Of a stretch of 64,000 nucleotides of DNA, positions 1 to 8,886 are shown in pieces. The number at the start of each line of letters is the position of its first letter. The first letter of the stretch is position 1. The translations under genes and the position numbers were made by a program. Source of the stretch: an uncultured Acidimicrobiales bacterium (lineage in GTDB: Bacteria > Actinomycetota > Acidimicrobiia > Acidimicrobiales > SZUA-35); NCBI GenBank assembly GCA_963700755.1, contig CAVOYW010000002.1, positions 46,968 to 110,967 of the forward strand, read 5' to 3'. Below the pieces are notes generated by a model. It was not told the DNA's origin, made no database searches, and saw nothing but the letters and a program-made list of their open reading frames with translations.

Positions 1-1242
1 CGGGTCCGTCGGAGCAGTGGGTCGGCCAACCCGAGGAGCTTGTCGGCGGCCGTGAGGACCCGACCCGACGCGCCGGGGGTGTCGGAGTCGACGAGGTTGC
101 CCATGACGCTCAGGGTGATGTTGGCGATCGACTGGGTGCCGACCGCGACCCTCAGGCCGGATCGGAGGATCAGCGGGTGGCCGATCAGGAAGGAGAATCG
201 GCGCCCGGTGCGCAGGAAGCTGTCGAACCGTTCACCGATCTGCCACGTCGTAGCGCTCGGGCGCCGTCGCCGGATTCTCGCAGGAACAGATCGGCGGCCA
301 GCATGCCCGACTCGAGTCCGTAGTCGATGCCCTCGCCGTTCATGGGATTGACGAGTCCGGCTGCATCGCCGATGGCGACCCAGCCGGCGCCGTGGCGTCG
401 AGTCGTACTCATGGGGAGCCGCCAGGCCCGAGGACGTTCGAGGTTGGGTCCGAGGTCCCATTCGTCGGTGACGAACGCCCGGTAGGACGTCGAGCAGGGT
501 GTTGAGGTTGAGCTTCTTGAACCCCTTCATCGTCGACAGCGCTCCGACGCCGATGTTCACGGTGCCGTCTCCGGCGGGGAACATCCAGCCGTAGCCGGGG
601 ATCGGGGTTCCGTGTTCGTCCTTCAACGTGAGGCAGGCCTCGAGATGTGCGTCGGCGTGTCGGGGTGACTCGGCGTAGGTCCGAATGGCGAGACCGAACG
701 GTTCGTCGGGGTCGCGGTCGGCGCCGAGCAGGCGGGAGGCGGCGCCCGGCGCGCCGCTGGCGAGGACGACGAGATCGGCGGCGAAGAACCGTCCGCCGGC
801 TTCGACGCCGATGACCCGCCCCGCGTCGTCGAGCGACGGGCATGGCCTCGGTCTCGAAGACCAGCTCGGCGCCGGCCTCGACGGCGGCGTCCATGAGGGC
901 GGCATCGAGGCGGCGGCGGGGCCACACGGCACCGTGGTTCGGGAAGCGGTTGGTGGTCGGCCAGTCGAGCTCGCGACGGGTCTTGTTTGCGATCATGCGG
1001 AGCCCGACGATGTGGTGGGCATCGGAGAGATCGATCTTGAGTTCGTTGAGGGCTCCGATGGCCCGGGGGGTCAACCCATCGCCGCACACCTTGTCTCGAC
1101 CGTGGCCGTCCCTTTCGAACACGATGACCTTGACGCCGCTGCCGGCGGCACGGATGGCGGTCGCGGCACCGGCTGGACCGGCACCGATCACGGCGATGTC
1201 ATAGGCGGCACCACGGGGAACGCGGTCGTCGTGGTTGGTCAC
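1..1242 (-). pseudogene. Geranylgeranyl reductase-family FAD-dependent oxidoreductase, disrupted by at least 3 frameshifts; the 3' end runs off the window
   Basis: The start is GTG at 1242, followed by AAYDIAVIGAGPAGAATAIRAA (GxGxxG), in the frame of ORF 409..1575 down to about 836. The recognisable sequence then continues in a second frame as LDDAGRVIGVEAGG...GYGWMFPAGDGTVNIGVG (about 835-488). It moves to the frame of ORF 185..412 as YRAFVTDEWDLG...WVAIGDAAGLVNPMNGEGIDYGLESG. It then changes frame again to ...GERFDSFLRTGRRFSFLIGHPL, running to position 1. Confidence 0.75.
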
Positions 1243-1368
1243 AGGAGAACTCGTTTCTGGGGTCACGCACCGGGATGGCCGGCGGCGGTCAGCGCTGGGC
1301 GAGGGGCGGCTCGAAATGCTGCCGCCGATGACCTCGGCCAACGTGGGGGAACCCCAGTGTCGAGCATT

Positions 1369-1442
1369 TGGAGCGGGTACGGGGAATCGAACCCCGATCG
1401 ACAGGATGGAAGCCTGTTGCTCTACCATTGAGCTACACCCGC
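1369..1442 (-). tRNA. tRNA-Gly (anticodon UCC), 74 nt with encoded CCA
   Basis: The reverse complement reads GCGGGTG-TA-GCTC-AATGGTA-GAGC-A-ACAGG-CTTCCAT-CCTGT-CGAT-CGGGG-TTCGATT-CCCCG-TACCCGC-T-CCA. This gives a full cloverleaf with a 7-bp acceptor stem, a TTCGATT T-loop and anticodon TCC (plus-strand 1408-1410). Confidence 0.92.
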
Positions 1443-1763
1443 ATGGGCAGACGGCGAACTCTACCAACTCTCCGCAGGGCTGACGCCTCGGATCGTCGAT
1501 GCTCGGGTCCGGCCCCCGCTGTCTCGATGGTCGGATGATCGGGTCCCCATGATCGGACCCGATCATGTGTTGCACATGGCTAACTTCGACCCCGATGCGG
1601 CGCCGATCAGATGACGATTTGATGACACCGCCGGGTCGGAGATCGGTGTTCGTGCAGGTCAGACGTGGTGGGGAGAGGGGTTTGTTTCACTCCGTTGGAA
1701 AGTCTCCCGGAAATCCTTTCAATCGTCGGATTCTGCCCCGAGAATAGTCGCAGGAGGTTCCCT

Positions 1764-1985
1764 GTGACCGAGAACGAAGAACGGCGACACCTTGCAAGTC
1801 TCCACGATGAGACCGCCGATGCGTGGGGACAATTCGCCGAGCGCAACGCGGTGACCATCGAGTCGCTGCTCGAGGCACTGGCCCCGATCCTGCTGGCGGC
1901 GACACCGGCGACGCTGAGTCTGCGGGCCGCTCTTCGTGATGCGGTCGAGTCGGCGAGATCGGTCTCGGCCCCGCTGACAGCCTGA
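1764..1985 (+). CDS. Small hypothetical protein (73 aa)
   Basis: GTG at 1764 is preceded by AGGAGG (1752-1757). The translation VTENEERRHLASLHDETADAWGQFAERNAVTIESLLEALAPILL is not low-complexity. I recognise no family. Confidence 0.35.
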   Translation: MTENEERRHLASLHDETADAWGQFAERNAVTIESLLEALAPILLAATPATLSLRAALRDAVESARSVSAPLTA

Positions 1986-2047
1986 ACCGGAGCCGATTGC
2001 CCGCTCCGGAGCCGGTTTCCCCTTCTGCGAAGACCGCGCGGTCTCCA

Positions 2048-3328
2048 TCAGCGAAGTTCGACGACCCCGGCTTCGGCCAGACGCTCGATCTCGTCGGAGG
2101 AGTACCCGGCCCTCGTGAGTACGTCCTCGGTGTGCTCGGCCCTGAGAGGGGCCGGCGCAGCTCGTCGGCGACCCGAGTCGTCGAACCGGAGCGGGGGCCT
2201 GATGGATCGAAACGGGCCGGCGACCGGGTGCTGGTGGTCTTCGAGGACGCCTCGATGGTGAGCGGGGTCGGACACGATGTCGTCGAGTGACGGGATCGGT
2301 GCCACCGGTACCCCGTGTCGGCTGCACAGGTCGATCCACTCGGCGGTCGTCCGGTTGGCCGCGATGCGGGCCAGCGTTCCGTACACCTCGTCGGCATTGT
2401 CGAGACGGGACCGGTGGGTCGCGAACACCGGCTGCTCCAGCAGGTGCTCCTGCCCGACGGCGGCGAACAGCGCCTGCCACTGTGCATCGGTGTAGGGCAG
2501 CATGGCGACGTGCCCGTCGAGGGTGCGGTGCGGGCCGCGATGGGGGGTCAGGACCCGGTTGTAGCCGGCCGGCTCTCCGGCAACGGCAGCTCGACCCAGG
2601 TGCTCCACCAGGTTGAAGGCCAGTGCCGCGTCGAACATCGGCACCTCGATTCGCTGGCCACGACCGGTCGTGCCGCGGGCGACCAGTGCGGCGAGAACAC
2701 CCTGTGCGATGAACATCCCGGCGACCTTGTCGGCGATGATCGACGGAACGAAGTGGGTCTGGTCGAACGCGATCTGGCCGAGCTGTGGGAAGCCGGCGAG
2801 GGCCTGGATGATGTCGTCGTAGGCCGGTCTCGCCGATTCGTCGCCGTCGGTGGCGAAACCCTGCGCCTGGCAGTAGACGAGTCGAGGGAGTCGGTCGGCC
2901 AGGCTCGCATGGTCGAGCCCGAGTCGTCGCAGCGGTTCGGGTCGAAGATTGGTGATCAGCACGTCGGACGACCCGAGCAGGCGCAGCACGATCTCTCGGC
3001 CGGCCGCCGCCTTGAGGTCGATGCCGATCGAACGCTTGTTGCGGTGCAGGTTCAGTGCGATGCCGCTGAGTTCGGGGTGCGGTCCGCCGCCCATGGCCCG
3101 GCTGCCATCACCGACCGAGGACTCGATCTTGATGACCTCGGCCCCGAGATCCCCGAGGAGTTGAGCGCCGTAGGGGGCCATGATGACCGTGGCGATCTCG
3201 ACGACGCGAATGCCGGCGAGTGGCCCCTGTCGTTCGGCCTCGACCGTGTCGTCGCGACGGTCCTCGGTCGGATCGGTGTGTCGGATCCCGTCGTCGACGG
3301 TGTCGTCGTGCCGCTGCTCGCCGGTCAC
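2048..3328 (-). CDS. CoA transferase, family III (CaiB/BaiF-like)
   Basis: 426 aa. The segment GIRVVEIATVIMAPYGAQLLGDLGAEVIKIE...LNLHRNKRSIGIDLK...SDVLITNLRP...YDDIIQA has the typical CaiB/BaiF N-terminal architecture. Confidence 0.9.
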   Translation of the reverse strand: MTGEQRHDDTVDDGIRHTDPTEDRRDDTVEAERQGPLAGIRVVEIATVIMAPYGAQLLGDLGAEVIKIESSVGDGSRAMGGGPHPELSGIALNLHRNKRSIGIDLKAAAGREIVLRLLGSSDVLITNLRPEPLRRLGLDHASLADRLPRLVYCQAQGFATDGDESARPAYDDIIQALAGFPQLGQIAFDQTHFVPSIIADKVAGMFIAQGVLAALVARGTTGRGQRIEVPMFDAALAFNLVEHLGRAAVAGEPAGYNRVLTPHRGPHRTLDGHVAMLPYTDAQWQALFAAVGQEHLLEQPVFATHRSRLDNADEVYGTLARIAANRTTAEWIDLCSRHGVPVAPIPSLDDIVSDPAHHRGVLEDHQHPVAGPFRSIRPPLRFDDSGRRRAAPAPLRAEHTEDVLTRAGYSSDEIERLAEAGVVELR

Positions 3329-3394
3329 GGTCGCTCGCTTTCTGCTCCAGCGCCGCGGCCCGTAGTGGGCGACGATCGTCTGCGCAGGATCGTT

Positions 3395-4903
3395 CTAGGT
3401 GAGCGACAGGAGTTCGTCGAATGCGTCGGCCACACAGCGCCGGAAATCATCGGGGGCGTCGATCGCCGATGGGTCGATGAACAGTCCGATGTCGAAACGG
3501 TTCTCGGCCGACATGGCCGTGGCGTTGCACGGCGTTCCGGCCAGCGGGCCCATGGGGACCGTTCCGACGATCCTGGCGCCACCGACGTAGAGCGGGAACG
3601 GAGCACTCCGGAGGTTGGAGGTGGCGAAATCGATGCGGGCCGCCTGGGACCGGGCTGCCTTGGTGACGACCGAGGTCGGGAGCAGGTTGGCGATCCCCGA
3701 AAGGGCCGTGACTCCGCCGCTGCGGGTTGCGGCTTCTCGTGCCTCGGCCAGCCGGTGATTGGTGTCGATCAGCCGTTCGGCGAGCGTCATTGCCCGGCCA
3801 TCGAGCGAAACCGGCACCGGGGTGAACGCGTTGCCTCCGCCTTCGTGGTCGGTTCGGGTACTGACGACGAACGAGGTGTGCAGGGTCTCGAGTTCGACGC
3901 CGCGGTCTTGGTGATAGGCCACGACCGCGTGGCCCATGGCGGCGAGGAAGGCATCGTTGATGGTGGCGCCATTCGCTTTCGCGGCCGCCTTCAGGCGGTC
4001 GAGGGGCACGACGACGTGTTCGAGGTGCCGATGCCGGGATCGATTCGCGAACAGGGGCGAGCCCGGGGTGCCGGCCTCGCCGCGGGGCACGAGCTGGCCA
4101 ACCGTTCCCTGGGCCAGGGTGGTCAGGTCACCGACCCGTTCGACGACCCGCGACGGATCGGCAGGCCAGATGGCGAGCTCGCCCATCAGGCGACGGCTGA
4201 GTCCGAGTTGGCGCCGAACGAGGTGGCCGGTCGACTTGGTGATCGTCGAGCGGAGGTCGATGGCGAGGTCGCCGCCCTGTTCCTTCGCCGTGTGTGAGGC
4301 GATGGCCTCGGCGAGCACGGCGTCGAGGTCGACGTCGGGGGCCGGGGGAGCGTCGGCTGCGGTGTCCTGGTAGAGCTCGGCCATCCGGATCTGCCCGATG
4401 CCGTCGCTGACGGCATGATGGGTGAGCATCCAGAGTGCTCCGCCGCCGTCCTCGAGGCCATCGATGACAACGAAACGCCACAGCGGTCGGGTGCGGTCGA
4501 GCGGGTCCTGATAGAGCTGGGCGGCGAGGTCGAACAGCTGCCGCCGGGTGCCCGGAGCGGGGAGGGTGACGTGGCGGAGGTGGTGGTCGAGATCGAATTC
4601 CGGATCCGGTGACCACGCAGGGGTCGAGATCCGCCCGAAGCCCGGGGTGACCCGCTGCATGAGGCGGGGCAGGTTGGCAACGGCGTGGCGCATCGTGTGC
4701 CGGAACCGGTCGAGGTCGATGGGTGTCTCGGTCAGCACCAGGGCGGCCCCGCTGGGGTTGAGCCACGGGTCCTTCTCGATGTTCCACATCAGTGCCTCGT
4801 GTTCCGACATGCGGTCGGCCGATGCCTGCGTTCGCGGTCGTCGTGGGGCACGGGTGACGGTGTCGTCGCCGTCGCCCCTCGTCGATGTGACCGGCCCGGT
4901 CAT
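3395..4903 (-). CDS. Wax ester synthase/diacylglycerol acyltransferase (WS/DGAT) family
   Basis: HHAVSDGIG matches the HHxxxDG active-site motif, and the N-terminus shows MSEHEALMWNIEKDPW. ATG at 4903 overlaps the upstream stop as ATGA (4900-4903). The ORF-track start at 5251 is upstream, Arg/Pro-rich and overlaps the neighbouring gene. Confidence 0.85.
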   Translation of the reverse strand: MTGPVTSTRGDGDDTVTRAPRRPRTQASADRMSEHEALMWNIEKDPWLNPSGAALVLTETPIDLDRFRHTMRHAVANLPRLMQRVTPGFGRISTPAWSPDPEFDLDHHLRHVTLPAPGTRRQLFDLAAQLYQDPLDRTRPLWRFVVIDGLEDGGGALWMLTHHAVSDGIGQIRMAELYQDTAADAPPAPDVDLDAVLAEAIASHTAKEQGGDLAIDLRSTITKSTGHLVRRQLGLSRRLMGELAIWPADPSRVVERVGDLTTLAQGTVGQLVPRGEAGTPGSPLFANRSRHRHLEHVVVPLDRLKAAAKANGATINDAFLAAMGHAVVAYHQDRGVELETLHTSFVVSTRTDHEGGGNAFTPVPVSLDGRAMTLAERLIDTNHRLAEAREAATRSGGVTALSGIANLLPTSVVTKAARSQAARIDFATSNLRSAPFPLYVGGARIVGTVPMGPLAGTPCNATAMSAENRFDIGLFIDPSAIDAPDDFRRCVADAFDELLSLT

Positions 4904-6333
4904 GACGACACCGACGTGTCGAAGCCGGGGCGGCGATCGAGCTCGGCGTTGGGGTCGCCCTTGTATCCCGGTGGGAACGTCAGTCGGAGCTCTTCCTCGG
5001 TCGGGGTGCGTCGCACCCGCGACTCCTCGGGGAGGAGGGCCGAGATCGCGGTCATGATCCGCTTGGTGTCGGAGTCGGCGCTGCGGTACTTGAGAGCAAC
5101 GGGAGGACCGACCGTGGCGGTCACCTTCGGGCGGTGTCGGGGGTCGATGTTCGGGAAACGAGCGCTGCGCGGCCAGACCTTCTCGGTGCCCCAGAGGCCG
5201 ATGGGGATGACCGGTGCCTTGGTCATGGCCGCGAGACGCGCCGCTCCCCACCGACCCTTCAGCTCGGGTTCGAAGAAGGCCGGACCCCGTGGGATCGTTC
5301 CCTCGGGTGCGATCATCAGGACCTCGCCGCCGGCCAAGGCCGTGGCCGCAGCCTCGAGCGGCTCGTCGGACCCGGTGCCTCGATCGACACGGACACCGCC
5401 GAGCCCCTTCATGAGGCGTCCGACGATCGGGACGTCGAAGACCTCTTTCTTGCCGAGGCCTCGCACGCTGCGACCGGCCTTGGCCATCACGTACCCCATC
5501 ACCGTCGGGTCGAAATAGGAGCGGTGGTTGAACACCACGATGGCCGGGCCGTCGGCGGGGATGTTCTCGATGCCCTCGATCTGCAGATCGGCCAGGGTCA
5601 GCAGTTCGGGCCGCATGAACGGCCGGGTCCAGTCCTGCAGCTCACGGCCGGCGATCTTGATGACGCCGTCGGACTTGTCGAAGTGCCGGGTCTTCCATCC
5701 CTTCAGCAGGGCGACGCCGCTGAGGCGGGGGTCGGGGTTGACGGCCACGGGGTCTCCGACCAGATCGAGCAGTGGTGCGTCGAAGTAGCTGTCGCTGTAG
5801 ACGTGGCTCCCCGACAGGTCGACACCATTGTCCTCGGCCCAAGCCGCGACGGCGCGGGCTTTCTCGCCGCCCCACACGAACGGGCCATCGAGCTCGCCGG
5901 TGAAGTGATCACCCTCGGTCTTCCACTCCGAGGCGACGACGGCATCGAACCCGAGTCGTTCGGCCAGGGGTCGCACGAACGGGGCGGGCGAGGTGGTCGC
6001 CAGGACGAGGAGATCGCCTGCGGCACGGTGTTGTTCGATCACGACCTTGGCGAAGGGCTGGAGTTCGTTCTCGATGTCGCGGGCCGCATCGGCCATGGCT
6101 GCGGCGACGTCGTCGATCTTCCAGCCGGCGGAGGTGCGCACCCCGAGTTTTGCCGGCTGCATCATGACCCAGCGCTCGCCGAACGTCTCGTAGAATTTCA
6201 AGAAGGCATCGGCCAGGGGGATGTGGGGCACGTCGGCCACACCGGCGGCGGCCAGGTGTTTCTGGAAGATCGGGGCCGAGGAGGATCGGATCAGGGTTCG
6301 GTCGAGGTCGAAGATGGCGGCCGTTCGGCTCAT
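4900..6333 (-). CDS. HAD-IB hydrolase / lysophospholipid acyltransferase (PlsC-type) fusion protein
   Basis: The N-terminal half has the HAD signature AIFDLDRTL. The C-terminal half has the acyltransferase motifs NHRSYFD (HX4D) and IAPEGT. The start is taken at ATG 6333 (MSRTAAIFDLDRT). Confidence 0.85.
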   Translation of the reverse strand: MSRTAAIFDLDRTLIRSSSAPIFQKHLAAAGVADVPHIPLADAFLKFYETFGERWVMMQPAKLGVRTSAGWKIDDVAAAMADAARDIENELQPFAKVVIEQHRAAGDLLVLATTSPAPFVRPLAERLGFDAVVASEWKTEGDHFTGELDGPFVWGGEKARAVAAWAEDNGVDLSGSHVYSDSYFDAPLLDLVGDPVAVNPDPRLSGVALLKGWKTRHFDKSDGVIKIAGRELQDWTRPFMRPELLTLADLQIEGIENIPADGPAIVVFNHRSYFDPTVMGYVMAKAGRSVRGLGKKEVFDVPIVGRLMKGLGGVRVDRGTGSDEPLEAAATALAGGEVLMIAPEGTIPRGPAFFEPELKGRWGAARLAAMTKAPVIPIGLWGTEKVWPRSARFPNIDPRHRPKVTATVGPPVALKYRSADSDTKRIMTAISALLPEESRVRRTPTEEELRLTFPPGYKGDPNAELDRRPGFDTSVSS

Positions 6334-6430
6334 GGCGGGTGTCCTCTGGGTTGCTGTCGTGTGACGTCGGTTGCCGGCAGCGGGTGGCTGTCGGTCTCCA
6401 CCGATCGGACATCGGGTGTCGGTCACGGGG

Positions 6431-6514
6431 TGTCGGTCGGTCTGTGTCGGTCGGTCTGTGTCGGTCGGTCTGTGTCGGTCGGTCTGTGTCGGTCGGTCTG
6501 TGTCGGTCGGTCTG
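6431..6514. repeat. Perfect tandem array, 6 x 14 bp (TGTCGGTCGGTCTG), followed by degenerate 14-bp-phased TGTCAG-type units to about 6614
   Basis: Read directly from the sequence. Units lie at 6431, 6445, 6459, 6473, 6487 and 6501. The array sits in the divergent intergenic region between 6333(-) and 6679(+). Confidence 0.95.
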
Positions 6515-6615
6515 TGTCAGGCAGTTTGTGTCAGACAGTTTGTGCCCGTCGGGCAGTTCGTGTCAGGTCGTCTGTGTGGTCAGTCCGTGCCAGGCAGTCT
6601 GCGACGGTCATTATG

Positions 6616-6630
6616 TGTCAGCCGCTGACA
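6616..6630. promoter_or_regulatory. 15-bp palindrome TGTCAG-CCG-CTGACA, candidate TetR operator
   Basis: It has perfect 6-bp inverted arms 12 bp upstream of the putative -35 of the TetR gene. The same hexamer (CTGACA) forms the -35 itself. Confidence 0.45.
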
Positions 6631-6641
6631 TTCGTCAATAG

Positions 6642-6670
6642 CTGACAAATGCCGGTGGCTGTCGTATGAT
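6642..6670 (+). promoter_or_regulatory. Sigma-70-like promoter for the TetR gene, probably giving a leaderless or near-leaderless mRNA
   Basis: The -35 is CTGACA (6642-6647), followed by a 17-nt spacer and the -10 TATGAT (6665-6670). ATG at 6679 lies 9 nt after the -10. Confidence 0.5.
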
Positions 6671-6678
6671 GTTCGGTC

Positions 6679-7407
6679 ATGACCGAGACCATGCTCAGCG
6701 GGCCCACGCTCACCGGGACCGTGCCGACCGGGACCGTGCCGACCGGGACCGTGCCGACCGGGACCGTGCCGACCGGGACCGTGCCGACCGGGACCGTGCC
6801 GACCGATGAGGTGGATGGCCGCCGCCGGGATCGCAAGAAACGGCAGACCCGCACGGCCCTGGTCGAGGCGGCCGCCGATCTGTTTGCCAGTCGTGGCTTC
6901 GACGAGATCACCACGGTCGACATCGCCGAGGCCGCCGACGTGTCCCAGCGCACGCTCTTCCGCCATTTCCCCACCAAAGAGGCACTGCTCTACGGCGACA
7001 TGGACGACCTGTACGACCGGCTCCGCTGGGCCTTCGCCGATCGGCCGGCCGACGAACCGATCGTGGATGTCGTTCGTCATGCCATGTCGAGCATCGCAGC
7101 CGACTTCGATCTGCATCGGGTCCGCCGGCTGCTCCAGGTGCGGCTGGCAGCGGCCACGCCGTCGGTGTCGGCCTACAGTCGTTCGGTGTTGCAGGCCAGC
7201 TGGGAGCGTGAAGTGATCCGGGCCGTCGCGGCACGGCTCGACGTGGATCCGATCGACGACCCACGACCCGAGATCCTCGCCGGAGCGGCCATGTCGGCGA
7301 TCCGGGTCGCCACCCGCCAGTGGTCCCGGTCCGATGGCGAGGTTCCGTTCGCCGACCTGGCCGATCGGGCGCTCGCGGCGATCGGGGCGCTCTCGCCACC
7401 GTCCTGA
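6679..7407 (+). CDS. TetR/AcrR family transcriptional regulator with an N-terminal (TGTVP)6 repeat
   Basis: The HTH region is TRTALVEAAADLFASRGFDEITTVDIAEAADVSQRTLFRHFPTKEALL. The stop is TGA at 7405-7407. Confidence 0.9.
   Translation: MTETMLSGPTLTGTVPTGTVPTGTVPTGTVPTGTVPTGTVPTDEVDGRRRDRKKRQTRTALVEAAADLFASRGFDEITTVDIAEAADVSQRTLFRHFPTKEALLYGDMDDLYDRLRWAFADRPADEPIVDVVRHAMSSIAADFDLHRVRRLLQVRLAAATPSVSAYSRSVLQASWEREVIRAVAARLDVDPIDDPRPEILAGAAMSAIRVATRQWSRSDGEVPFADLADRALAAIGALSPPS
6712..6801 (+). repeat. Perfect in-frame tandem array, 6 x 15 bp (ACCGGGACCGTGCCG), encoding (TGTVP)6
   Basis: Read directly from the sequence. The array lies inside the 5' end of the TetR CDS. Confidence 0.95.
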
Positions 7408-7428
7408 TGCTCATGTAAGGTCGCATTC

Positions 7429-8886
7429 GTGCCCATTGTCTCTCTTCTCGATCCCCACCCGGCCGACCAGATCGCACTCATCGAGGGTGATGAGCAGACG
7501 ACCTACGGCGAGCTGCGCGACCTCGTCGCCGAGACCCGCTCCGGGCTGGTCGCCGCCGGGCTGACCGCCGGTGACCGGGTGGCGATCATCTTCACCAATA
7601 CCCGTTCGTCGGTGGTGTCACTCCTGGCCGTGATCGGCGCCGGGATGGTGGCGGTCCCGCTCAATCCGTCGAGCCCGCCCCGCGAACTCGAACGCGAACT
7701 CGAGATGGTCTCGGCATCCCTGGTGCTCGTCGGGAGCGAGGACGCCGCCGACCTGTCGGTCCGCACCTCCACGCCGGCCGGCACGATCGTTCCGGGTGTG
7801 GAGCCCCTGCCCAAGGGTCCCCCCGTCGACCGGGTCGTCCTCACCGGCGAGCATCTCGCCGTGATGTTGTTCACCAGCGGAACTGCGGGTGCGCCCAAAC
7901 CGGCGATGCTCAGCTACGGGTGCCTGGTCTTCCTCCAGCGGTCGATCATCGACCACCCTCGTTCCGACGTCGACACCGAGACGGTCAATCTCGCCATCCT
8001 GCCGCTGTCGCACGTCTACGGCCTCAACGTGTCGCTCCTCACCACCCTGCGGGCCGGCGGTACCGTCGTCCTGGCACACCGGTTCAGCCCCACGCTCGCC
8101 GTCGAGCTGGTCGCCAGGCACAAGGTCACCCACTTCGCCGGTGTTCCACCCATGTGGCGGGCATTCCTCGATTCGCCCGACATCCCCGACGACGCGTTCG
8201 CCGGCGTCCGTCGCATGACATCGGGGGCCGCTGCTCTTCCCCGTGACCTGTTCGATGCCTTCCTCCAACGGTTCGGCGTCGAACTCAGTGAGGGCTACGG
8301 GCTGACCGAGACCGCCTCGGGTGTCACCTCCCATCTGGGCATCCCGATTCGTCCGGGCTCGGTTGGCCAGGCGTGGCCCGGCGTCGAGGTCCGGGTCGTC
8401 GACTACGACGATCGTCCGGCCCCGGTCGACGACTCCGGTGTGGTGAAGGTCCGTGGCCCCAACGTGTTCCTCGGATACTGGAACGACGAGGAGGCGACGA
8501 AGGCAGTCCTCGACGACGACGGGTGGCTCAACACCGGCGACATCGGGGTCCTGTCGGAAGACGGCTACCTCTACCTGGTCGACCGGGCCAAGGACCTCAT
8601 CATCGTGTCGGGCTTCAATGTCTACCCGTACGAGGTCGAAGAGGTCCTCAACCGCCACCCGGCGGTCGACCAGTGTGTCGTGGTCGGACGTCTTGACGAA
8701 CAGCGGGGCGAACGGGTGGTCGCCTACATCACCGTTGCCGACGGCCAGACCGCACCCACACTCGACGAGGTCGTCGACTTCTGCCGAGAGGAGTTGGCCC
8801 GCTACAAGTGTCCCACCGAACTGAAGGTCGTCGACACCCTGCCGATCGCCCCCAGCGGCAAGCCCGTCCGCCGGGACCTGATCTGA
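7429..8886 (+). CDS. AMP-dependent acyl-CoA synthetase/ligase (FadD-like)
   Basis: The AMP-binding motifs are MLFTSGTAGAPKPAML, GYGLTETA, TGDIG and DRAKDLIIVSGFNVYPYEVEEVL. The start is GTG at 7429. Confidence 0.9.
   Translation: MPIVSLLDPHPADQIALIEGDEQTTYGELRDLVAETRSGLVAAGLTAGDRVAIIFTNTRSSVVSLLAVIGAGMVAVPLNPSSPPRELERELEMVSASLVLVGSEDAADLSVRTSTPAGTIVPGVEPLPKGPPVDRVVLTGEHLAVMLFTSGTAGAPKPAMLSYGCLVFLQRSIIDHPRSDVDTETVNLAILPLSHVYGLNVSLLTTLRAGGTVVLAHRFSPTLAVELVARHKVTHFAGVPPMWRAFLDSPDIPDDAFAGVRRMTSGAAALPRDLFDAFLQRFGVELSEGYGLTETASGVTSHLGIPIRPGSVGQAWPGVEVRVVDYDDRPAPVDDSGVVKVRGPNVFLGYWNDEEATKAVLDDDGWLNTGDIGVLSEDGYLYLVDRAKDLIIVSGFNVYPYEVEEVLNRHPAVDQCVVVGRLDEQRGERVVAYITVADGQTAPTLDEVVDFCREELARYKCPTELKVVDTLPIAPSGKPVRRDLI

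Noticed and set aside
1369-1442. tRNA-Gly as an integration hotspot, with a genomic island or prophage nearby
   Set aside because: There is no integrase, no direct repeat of the tRNA 3' end and no compositional shift visible on either side.
2315-4297. A 660-aa plus-strand ORF, one of the longest in the track
   Set aside because: It lies antisense to the CoA transferase and WS/DGAT genes. Its translation is Gly/Arg/Asp/Val-rich with no family motifs. The opposite strand carries clear CaiB and HHxxxDG signatures. This is a typical high-GC shadow ORF.
6431-6514. Could the tandem arrays (also 12788, 12952, 53106 and 55264) be CRISPR arrays?
   Set aside because: The units abut directly with no unique spacers. 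Unit lengths are 8-30 bp. No cas genes are present. They are micro- or minisatellites.
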